Made by a program: the position numbers and the translations under genes
NCBI GenBank assembly: GCA_963758495.1
Contig: CAVWVI010000004.1
Location: 992,001 to 1,056,000 of the forward strand
DNA: 64,000 nt
Direction of reading: 5' to 3'
DNA from: Oligoflexia bacterium
GTDB lineage: Bacteria > Bdellovibrionota > UBA1018
In this document: positions 10,595 to 18,414 of the stretch, piece after piece
How positions within the stretch are numbered: the first letter of the stretch is position 1
Layout of the letters: each line of letters opens with the position of its first letter
The notes under the pieces: generated by a model
What the model was told of the DNA's origin: nothing
What the model saw: only the letters and a program-made list of their open reading frames with translations
Databases searched by the model: none

Positions 10595-11887
10595 TTAGAG
10601 GTAATTTTTAAACAATTTATCATAGTGTTCTTGAATATTTTTTAAATTTACCATATTAAAAAAACTTGAAAAACTCATCCAAACTGCAAGACCATTTAAA
10701 TCACTGAAGTGAGATGGCAAGTGAACCGGGGGATCAATGATGCCTTCTTTAAACTTTTGATAAATCAAGGGTACATCATCAATGCGAAGCTTACCCACAA
10801 AAAGAAACGGCAGAAGATGGGGTTTACCTGCACGAATCGCTGCCCTTAAAAAATTATAATTTTCTACAAACCCTCGGCAATAAGAAATATCTTTTGTGAA
10901 TGGCGCTCCACCCTCTATTACTCCTCCCCTAAACACTCGTCGAGCATTGGCAATACAATCATCTTCTGAATACCCTTCTGTTCTATAAAATTCGATCAAC
11001 TCGAGTATATTTGCACCATCTTCCGCCTTATTAATTCCTATAATTCGATCATTAATTTGCCGTGCTCGCTTGGGATAAGAACGAAAGGTAAAGATTTCCA
11101 TGATGACCGCAAGCCCTTCTTGCGTTGCGGCACACCGGGGTGGCCCCTTAGATAACCACTTCGCCACATGCTGTTGATGACCATTTTGGGTGGTTCCCAC
11201 GTGAACCCAACCTTCATGTACTTCAAGGATATCAATATCGCGAGAAGAGAATTTAGCGCCTTCCTTAATTTTCACCACATCTCCACCCGCAGACGCATCC
11301 GCTAATATTCCATCAGAAATTTGGGCTTCTACACGATTCCCTTTAAAATAGGATTTAAATCTTATATTAAGAGTATCTACAACTTCCTTCGCTTCATGAA
11401 TTTCTGGATAAGAGGGTCCTAATGTCGAATCTTCAAATCCATTCAAAATAGAATAAAGAACCTTGCCTAATTCAAAAATAGTATTGCTATCACCATATAA
11501 ATTATCCTTGGGAGACCCATAGAGCTTTCGACTATACTCCCAAAATTTTTTGGTGCCCCGCGCTAAGAGCATTTGAACCACATCAATATATTGTTCGGTG
11601 ACTTCCTTCAGCAATCGCCCTAACGCATCTTCCGATCCAAGAGTCGTGTCAATATCTCGAGCAATATCCCTTAATTCATCTAATTTTTTATCCGGCTCGA
11701 AACCCAACTGAATCTTTTCATAGTAGCTCGCATTGACCTTGGGCATATGTCGAAGCTTACTTTTCCTCAGTTCTTGTTCAATGGAAGGATCCCATTTTAT
11801 CGCATCTAGAATACGAATAGGCTTCTGTGCCTCAACTATTCGTTGTGAAAGGCGCTTGATTTTTTCTTTGTATGTCGTCCACACCAT
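10595..11887 (-). CDS. QEGLA-motif (DUF1704, MATCAP-like) metallopeptidase
   Basis: HEGWVH zinc motif, ATQEGLA, RVFRGG, FTKDISY. Confidence 0.88.
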   Translation of the reverse strand: MVWTTYKEKIKRLSQRIVEAQKPIRILDAIKWDPSIEQELRKSKLRHMPKVNASYYEKIQLGFEPDKKLDELRDIARDIDTTLGSEDALGRLLKEVTEQYIDVVQMLLARGTKKFWEYSRKLYGSPKDNLYGDSNTIFELGKVLYSILNGFEDSTLGPSYPEIHEAKEVVDTLNIRFKSYFKGNRVEAQISDGILADASAGGDVVKIKEGAKFSSRDIDILEVHEGWVHVGTTQNGHQQHVAKWLSKGPPRCAATQEGLAVIMEIFTFRSYPKRARQINDRIIGINKAEDGANILELIEFYRTEGYSEDDCIANARRVFRGGVIEGGAPFTKDISYCRGFVENYNFLRAAIRAGKPHLLPFLFVGKLRIDDVPLIYQKFKEGIIDPPVHLPSHFSDLNGLAVWMSFSSFFNMVNLKNIQEHYDKLFKNYL

Positions 11888-11972
11888 AGTTCTTTAATTG
11901 TAACCCAATCTTTTCAGTTTTCCTTAATTTGGTACTTTGCTTGCTAATTATTTATCAAAAGAGGATCCATTC

Positions 11973-12566
11973 ATGACTGCCACCCATAAAGAGCCCAAAC
12001 ATTTTCACGGACCAGATAATGCAGAGCATGAAATACGAAAAGCATATAATTGCGTGATTGAAACGGGAGTCAACCACTTCTGGGATAGAAAGGCAGTTCC
12101 TGGCGTCAATGCAGACGAGGTGGTTACCTTATATAAAAATGCCTTTCATCAATATCAAAAAAAGAACCGCCTAGCGGCCGAGCGCTGGGCTCGGACAGCA
12201 AAACACCTATCCCGGGCAATTTGGCATGAGGCAAAAATTGCCTTCCTTGAGCCTCGCACTTCTGAATTACCTTTCCTAGAGGGAGCCACCGATAATGAAT
12301 ATGGGCTTTATGAAAGATCTGATACTACAGCCGACCTTCTCAATTCAGTTGCTAATCACATCCCGGCAGGACTTGACGCCATGCCTGATGAAATGAAACG
12401 CTATCTTTCTCGGGGATTAAAACACCTTAAAATACTAGAACAGGTTGGATATACCCATGAATTATTAAGAGCTGAACGCATTCAGGCAGCCCATGAGTAT
12501 GGACGCACTCTAGAATGTATGGCATTAGCTTTTGAAGCTGAAACTCAAAAAAAGACTGCTGCCTAA
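11973..12566 (+). CDS. Hypothetical protein
   Basis: Long open frame with GAGGA RBS before ATG 11973; family not recognised. Confidence 0.65.
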   Translation: MTATHKEPKHFHGPDNAEHEIRKAYNCVIETGVNHFWDRKAVPGVNADEVVTLYKNAFHQYQKKNRLAAERWARTAKHLSRAIWHEAKIAFLEPRTSELPFLEGATDNEYGLYERSDTTADLLNSVANHIPAGLDAMPDEMKRYLSRGLKHLKILEQVGYTHELLRAERIQAAHEYGRTLECMALAFEAETQKKTAA

Positions 12567-12575
12567 AACGGTAGA

Positions 12576-14489
12576 CTAATCTGATTCAGGTCTGTATCCA
12601 TATTTATCCTGAATGTCCGGTGGCAATAATTGTAAAAATCTCTTTTTTATTTCGTTCCGATACGATTTTAAAAACTTAGCTTTTGCCTCATCAACTAGCT
12701 TTGTTGTGTTATTGCTTATACTTTTATTGTCCAAAAAATAAGGATCCCCAATTTGTTTATAATCTTCATATTTGCCAATTTTGCCAGAGTTTAAAAACGA
12801 GGTTACGGTTTTATAGCCATTTATGTTTCCTTCTTTGGCGATTTGCGAAGCATTGAGCATACTGTATATGAGGCAGTCATTATCAGCTTTCTGTTGTTGT
12901 GCTCTAACGTCCTTATTGAATCGAAATTCAATGGGTTTTGTGGAATCGTAAATCGTTATCTTCTGACTATTAAGAGCTTGAAGCAGTGCTGTTCTTTCAT
13001 CTTTTCCTAGTTGTGATGGAGTGGTGTTGTTTGAGTCGATGATAGTCACATTTCCTTCGTTATCAATTGTTAGAGTTACAAAATGTCCAATGCTTCCTAA
13101 AATAGTTGAATAAATTTTCTTTCCTAAGTGAAACTGTTTTTCTACTTCCATTACAATGGTATCTAAATTTTGTAATTTATATTCCGAATGCTTCCCTATA
13201 TGAATATTTAATAATGCTTGATAGTCAAAATAACCTACATTATTTTTTATGTCTTTAACTAGATCTAAATAGGTAAAAAGCGATTCATTAACGTCCATGT
13301 ATCCCATATTGAATGATCCTGGTAATTCTTCTGGATCAAAAGCAGCGACGATGTGTCCAATGTTTTCATTTATTTTATGATCAATGGTATCTGTATTTAC
13401 AGATCCATTATTATTTGCATGATTTACTTCCGCTCCCATTTTTATCTTTCCTTGCAGGTACTTTGCGATTTCTAAGTGGTTGTTAGTTACCGCAAGATAA
13501 AGAGCGGTAACTCCATTATTATCTGCATGATTTACTTCCGCTCCCTTTTCTATCAAGTACTTTACTATTTCTATGTGACCTTTTTGTGCCGAAAATATAA
13601 GGGCGGTAGATCCATTATTATTTGCATAATTTACGTCTACTCCCTTTTCAACAAGGGCCATTACTTGAGATAGGTTGCCACTCTTCGCCGCTAAAGCAAG
13701 ATCAATCCCTGCCAAGGAACCCTTAGCCGGGTCGAACTCTTTGAGCTTGTCTTGCAATTCGTGTTGTAAATCTATAAAAGATTTTGTGATTTTCTCGGCA
13801 AACCAAGTTTCTTTTATGGTGGTTTTAAATTCTTCCTTACTTATCTTTTCAGGCTTATCGAATGGATGGGTCTCGGCTTTATTTTTAGGTAATTTTATTT
13901 TGGATAAAAAATTGTAATCTTTAATTCCCTCCTCATTGGAGTTCATCAACTTTTCAATTCTTCCTTGATTGGTTAATCTGGCGCCTGTTATTTCCCATAG
14001 TTTCTCAATCAATTCATCTTTCGTTAACTCTGAACCCGATAGAGTCGGATCTCTCTTAGGCAAATCCTTCTTTTCAGCATGATTTACTTCCGATGTTTTT
14101 TTTATCTTTTCTTGCAAGTACTTTGCGATTTTTAAGTGGTTGTTAGCTACCGCAAGATAAAGAGCGGTAAATCCATCATTATTTACATGATTTACGTCTG
14201 CTCCCTTTTCTATCAAGTACTTTACTATTTCTAGGTGGCCTTTTTGTGCCGCAAATAAAAGAGCGGTAGATCCATTATTATTTGCATAATTTATGTCTAA
14301 TCCCTTTTTAACAAGAGATATGACTTGAGATAGATTGCCATCGTACGCCGCTAAAATAAGATCAGTCCCTGCAAAGGAAACCTGAGACACAAGTATGAAT
14401 GAAATGAGAAGCACCAAAACCGCTCTTGCGCCCTCATTTTTAATCGTTCTCTTAGCACGCATGACACTAAAAATCGCTGTATGAATCAT
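12576..14489 (-). CDS. Secreted ankyrin-repeat protein with C-terminal putative CE-clan (Ulp1-like) cysteine protease domain
   Basis: Signal peptide ending VSFA; two ankyrin blocks (G.TAL..AA..GH.EIVKYLIEKGA); C-terminal HFVTLTID...IIDS...QQQKADNDC. The ankyrin call is firm; the protease call is inferred from motifs. Confidence 0.8.
   Translation of the reverse strand: MIHTAIFSVMRAKRTIKNEGARAVLVLLISFILVSQVSFAGTDLILAAYDGNLSQVISLVKKGLDINYANNNGSTALLFAAQKGHLEIVKYLIEKGADVNHVNNDGFTALYLAVANNHLKIAKYLQEKIKKTSEVNHAEKKDLPKRDPTLSGSELTKDELIEKLWEITGARLTNQGRIEKLMNSNEEGIKDYNFLSKIKLPKNKAETHPFDKPEKISKEEFKTTIKETWFAEKITKSFIDLQHELQDKLKEFDPAKGSLAGIDLALAAKSGNLSQVMALVEKGVDVNYANNNGSTALIFSAQKGHIEIVKYLIEKGAEVNHADNNGVTALYLAVTNNHLEIAKYLQGKIKMGAEVNHANNNGSVNTDTIDHKINENIGHIVAAFDPEELPGSFNMGYMDVNESLFTYLDLVKDIKNNVGYFDYQALLNIHIGKHSEYKLQNLDTIVMEVEKQFHLGKKIYSTILGSIGHFVTLTIDNEGNVTIIDSNNTTPSQLGKDERTALLQALNSQKITIYDSTKPIEFRFNKDVRAQQQKADNDCLIYSMLNASQIAKEGNINGYKTVTSFLNSGKIGKYEDYKQIGDPYFLDNKSISNNTTKLVDEAKAKFLKSYRNEIKKRFLQLLPPDIQDKYGYRPESD
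13416..14375. repeat. Internal duplication of the ankyrin block (~300 nt, 660-nt offset)
   Basis: About 13416-13715 aligns with 14076-14375 with long identical runs (e.g. ctcccttttctatcaagtactttactatttcta). Confidence 0.85.
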
Positions 14490-14804
14490 AGATTACCTTT
14501 AAAAGGTGTATTTACAAAAATTATAGCGGTCTTTATTATTTTTTAATAACTTATTATTTATTTTAACAGTTTACCTAAAAAAATAATGCTGTTTCCTTAA
14601 GCGATGAAATTTATTGAAAAACAGGGTTGCTGTGGTGCCACTCACTGAGTAGATTTTTTGGTGATCAAACTAAAAAATTCATCAGGGGGAAATGACACTA
14701 TGGCCAAACACCCCAGCAATCCTAATTTTTCAAGGCTAGGGAATCCTTAAAGCCGGCTTTTGTGGGAGAGCACTCAGTGATCATAGGGAGATGCCTACCC
14801 CCGT

Positions 14805-15437
14805 ATGTATCTTACTCATTGTTACGATGTCTTGTCAGGCGTTACAAAGGACTTTAAACACCACCGCCTTCGCGATGAAATTACTGATGCTGAGGAGATG
14901 ATTCCCTCCTTGGAAAAGGACTCACTGTCTCTCTACGACAGGCTTTACCTCAGTGGAAGAATAATACGAGTTCACAAGTCTGCTAAGAATTATTTTCTCG
15001 CTCGGTGCAAGAGAAACAATTTTAAAGAAATTCAAAAATTCTTTGAGAGCACTAAGAAACCCTCCAGAACTATCATTGATGGTATGACCATCTATCTCAT
15101 CAAAATGAGGCCATCAGGCCGTGATGAGGATCTTGTTTTTGCCACCAACCTGCCAGAGTCTTGGGTGACCGAAGAAATTATTTTGCATCTTTACGATCTT
15201 CGTTGGGAGGTAGAGGTATCGTTTAAGGATTTACTTGAAACCATGAAGATTGAGCAGTGGCATTCCAAATTGCCCAACGGAATTCTTCAGGAACTCTATG
15301 TGGCGTTCTGGCTATTGAATTACGTTAAAATCCAAATGGCAATTGAGAACAAAACCCCCATAAAAGTTCTCGAATCGGAGTATTCGAAGCCAAATTTTAA
15401 GATCATTTTCAGCAGAGACTGCGACCTTAATTCGTAA
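14805..15437 (+). pseudogene. IS4-family transposase fragment (N-terminally truncated)
   Basis: LYDRLY, FLAR, FATNLP, LYDLRWEVEVSFKDL (YREK-type motif); too short for a full transposase. Confidence 0.75.
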
Positions 15438-15461
15438 AAGGAAGTAAATCTGGCAGGATTA

Positions 15462-15576
15462 CACTGCTAATGGTATGGACTCGCCCGCTTGAAATACAGA
15501 CCACAATGGGCCAAGAATGATCCAACTTTTAACGGAACATTCGGACAAAACGGGAGAGCCCATACCATTAGCAGTG
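15462..15576. mobile_element. 115-bp MITE-like element with terminal inverted repeats
   Basis: CACTGCTAATGGTATGG at 15462 and its reverse complement ending at 15576; extends to 26 bp with 2 mismatches; no ORF. Confidence 0.55.
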
Positions 15577-15621
15577 GATAACGGTTAAAGCAGCATCAAT
15601 AAATATATTTTAGTTCATCTA

Positions 15622-16086
15622 TCAAGCTACCTTTTTCTTCCCTTGTGGTCTTTTCTCTGGGAAAATAGGTGATTCAGGTTTACTTTTTAGATTAGCCCTC
15701 AATGCATCTAAAATTCTGCTAGCTCGATCAACAGTGACCCCGTGATACTCATTTCTCTCATCGCGGGATACTTGCGAAACATCAATCTCAAGGCGATTAG
15801 CAAGATCTGTCTGCGAGAGCCCACGGGCAATACGAAGGGAGATGAGCATAGTTCCCAGTCCATGTAGATTCTGAAGCTCCCCTAGATCACCTCTTTTGAG
15901 TCTTTCGTAGGCCTCAACTTCTTCGACCCATTGCAAATGGAAAGACTCCATAGGTTCAAGAGCCGTCTCAATCTGCTCAGAGGTAAGGCCTTTTTCTTTC
16001 AATTTTTTCTTATGATCATCCATTCGCTTTTTTTCAGCTTTAAGGCGATTCAATGCTTTTTGATATTCGGCTTCTGTTCGGAGCAT
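15622..16086 (-). CDS. XRE-family HTH regulator / HigA-like antitoxin
   Basis: C-terminal LISLRIARGLSQTDLANRL...SQVSRDERNEY HTH; N-terminal MLRTEAEYQ coiled region. Confidence 0.85.
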   Translation of the reverse strand: MLRTEAEYQKALNRLKAEKKRMDDHKKKLKEKGLTSEQIETALEPMESFHLQWVEEVEAYERLKRGDLGELQNLHGLGTMLISLRIARGLSQTDLANRLEIDVSQVSRDERNEYHGVTVDRASRILDALRANLKSKPESPIFPEKRPQGKKKVA

Positions 16087-16089
16087 AGG

Positions 16090-16647
16090 TTAACCCTCCC
16101 TTAATAATTGAACAATCCCTTTGGGTTTTCCGGCTTCGCGAGTTTGTCGAAACGCGGACGGAAATTCCAATTCATATCCTCTGGAGTCACAGATTCCAGA
16201 ACTCTGGCCAAAATGTGGATAAAGTTCCACGCGGTACTGATGCCACATCGGAAGTTGCAATTTTGGAGAACCTGCCGCGGACATTCTACTTCGAGGAGCC
16301 CAAGTCCAAACTTTAAACGGGTCCAATGCATTGAGGTCTCGATGCAGATCTTTAGAAATAAATCTTTCTTCCGGACAAGCAAAGTAACCGTCAATGTCGT
16401 TCGGGTGATCTTTTTCTTCAACGAAAGAGCCATCAATAAAAATCTCAGTAATTCCAGATGACCAAAGTTGGTGCACCATAATTTCAAGGTTCTCCACCAA
16501 CTGTAAACGCCAGTCCTTATCCCAATTGGGTGGGCAGACTTTGGGTCCAGCGATGAATAACGAACTTTTGATATCGTTCAAAGTTGCTGTGTAATTCTCG
16601 GGGGGGTAGCAAGCCATCTTGATTAAAGGATTTTGGAAGCTTCGCAA
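16090..16647 (-). CDS. DUF6932-like nucleotidyltransferase-fold protein (putative toxin)
   Basis: FIDGSFVEEKDHPNDIDG (GS...DxD) and C-terminal KGIV; 5' end appears frame-disturbed (see findings). Confidence 0.7.
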   Translation of the reverse strand: MRSFQNPLIKMACYPPENYTATLNDIKSSLFIAGPKVCPPNWDKDWRLQLVENLEIMVHQLWSSGITEIFIDGSFVEEKDHPNDIDGYFACPEERFISKDLHRDLNALDPFKVWTWAPRSRMSAAGSPKLQLPMWHQYRVELYPHFGQSSGICDSRGYELEFPSAFRQTREAGKPKGIVQLLREG

Positions 16648-16651
16648 GACA

Positions 16652-16679
16652 ATCTTATCAAATATGACAAAAATGTCAA
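16652..16679 (-). promoter_or_regulatory. Sigma70-like promoter with overlapping dyad operator
   Basis: Minus strand TTGACA-N16-TAAGAT with TG extension; TGACA-N4-TGTCA dyad over the -35. Confidence 0.55.
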
Positions 16680-17041
16680 ACGGGTGTTATTTGTTAATAA
16701 CTTATTAAAAAGTGAAGTGGCACGTTGAATTCGCACTCAAGGATCTTACTCTTTCTTCTAGTCAGTCTCCCAATTTTTCCGAAGTTATTATAGGTTTTCA
16801 TCAATTAGAGGGCAGAGGCACCCAGTCCACCAAAACACTTCGCCTTTGCCCGATTCCAGGTCGCAATTATCGGATGATTCGTGAGCAGCTTGGGATGCAG
16901 TATTCTGATCAAACGGAAGTTTATTCGGAATAAAGGAAAATCAAAGTTCAGCTACGGAATACATGAAGCTCACCGGCTACCTCATAATGAGGTAGCTTCT
17001 CTATTTCAGGATATTTGCAGGTCGCGAGACTCTTATTACGC

Positions 17042-17082
17042 AAAAAAGGCCCTGCAGATTTTGAATCCACAGAGCCTCTTTA
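17042..17082 (-). terminator. Intrinsic terminator of rplM-rpsI
   Basis: Minus-strand stem GAGGCTCTGTGGATT / AATCTGCAGGGCCTT followed by a T run. Confidence 0.7.
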
Positions 17083-17175
17083 AAATGATATTATATAAAC
17101 CACTCGTCTTACTAGCTAGTAAAGGCTAGCTAATAAAGGCTAGCCAGCAACGGGCTAGCTGATCCGAGCAGGATA

Positions 17176-17574
17176 TTAACGTTTCGAGTATTGGAATCGG
17201 CGACGCGCACCAGCCAAGCCGTATTTCTTACGCTCGACTTCACGGGAGTCACGAGTTAAGTGCCCGGCCTTCTTTAATACTGGACGAAAAGAAGGATCAA
17301 CCTCTAAAAGTGCTCGGGAGATGCCATGCTTCACAGCTCCAGCTTGTCCGGAAAGGCCACCACCATGAACATTCACTAAAATATCAAAACGTCCCACAGT
17401 TGAAGTGAGCTCGAGAGGCTGCATAATCAGCATTCGAGCAGTAGGACGAGGGAAATAATCTTCAAACGAACGATCATTGACCCGAATGACACCATCGTCT
17501 CCAGCACGGGGGCGGATATAAACACGCGCGATAGCGTTCTTACGCTTCCCTACTTGGTGTTGCTGTTTTTCCAT
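17176..17574 (-). CDS. rpsI: 30S ribosomal protein S9
   Basis: [39 protein letters not shown]. Confidence 0.98.
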   Translation of the reverse strand: MEKQQHQVGKRKNAIARVYIRPRAGDDGVIRVNDRSFEDYFPRPTARMLIMQPLELTSTVGRFDILVNVHGGGLSGQAGAVKHGISRALLEVDPSFRPVLKKAGHLTRDSREVERKKYGLAGARRRFQYSKR

Positions 17575-17621
17575 TCTAAACTTTCTCCTTTACGAACTGA
17601 TTTACCTGAGCCTGATCCGTA

Positions 17622-18140
17622 TTATGACCTAGTTTTTTTAGGCTGAGTCAAGACAGTATTACGGATAACGCCAGCCGGAAGAGGCTGAGGTCCTTGAGCT
17701 TGATGAGTATGCTCAGTTCCTGTAAAAATTTTCAATTTTTTCATTTGATGACGAGCTAAGCTTGATTTTCCGGTCATACCCCAAACAGCACGTCTCAGAA
17801 TTTCTTCTGGGTGCCGCTCTAGCATTTCCTTCGCTGTTTTCGTCTTCAAACCACCCACATAACCTGAGTGATCCCGATAAAGTTTATCATTCCATTTATT
17901 TCGGGTGAAAACTACCTTATCGGCGTTTAGCACTACAATGAAATCACCAGTATCGGCATGCTTGGTATAAGTAGGTTTGTGTTTGCCGGTTACCACTCGC
18001 GCCAAGATTGTCGCAAGACGGCCGACCACTTGGTCTTTAGCATCAACGACAAACCACTTAGGTGCATGAGGTCCTTTAGTTTCAAAAAGGTGAGGACCGG
18101 ACTGCTTCGCCTGATAAGACTTTTGCTGCAACATAGACAC
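17622..18140 (-). CDS. rplM: 50S ribosomal protein L13
   Basis: WFVVDA, GRLA, GKHKPTYT.H.DTGD, HSGYVGGLK; upstream of rpsI. Confidence 0.97.
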   Translation of the reverse strand: MSMLQQKSYQAKQSGPHLFETKGPHAPKWFVVDAKDQVVGRLATILARVVTGKHKPTYTKHADTGDFIVVLNADKVVFTRNKWNDKLYRDHSGYVGGLKTKTAKEMLERHPEEILRRAVWGMTGKSSLARHQMKKLKIFTGTEHTHQAQGPQPLPAGVIRNTVLTQPKKTRS

Positions 18141-18260
18141 TTGGGAGTACAGGAGCTCTGTGTTGAAGTCAATGGGTTTTTAACCTGAGATCAGTTAATT
18201 TATAACCACTTAATACAATTGAATAAATACCTTCGACCGCAGGCCTGCACAAACCGAGAA

Positions 18261-18404
18261 GGCAGTAGAATATCTTGAATACAAAAAATTACCTTTCATA
18301 AACTTTACCCGCACGAAGCCAGGACGGCGAGAGTGCGGGCAGGGTAGGCAAGGATGCCAAGTTTACTGAAAGGTAATTTTTTGTATTCAAGATATTCTAC
18401 TGCC
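18261..18404. repeat. Long palindromic element (REPIN/MITE-like)
   Basis: 38-bp perfect inverted repeat 18261-18298 / 18367-18404, 7 further pairs after a 1-nt bulge, GC-rich core with inner CCCGCAC/GTGCGGG hairpin. Confidence 0.8.
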
Positions 18405-18414
18405 GGTCGCGGTA

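Noticed and set aside
16712..17129. Short plus-strand ORFs (73 and 82 aa)
   Set aside because: No recognisable motifs or RBS; one runs through the rpsI terminator
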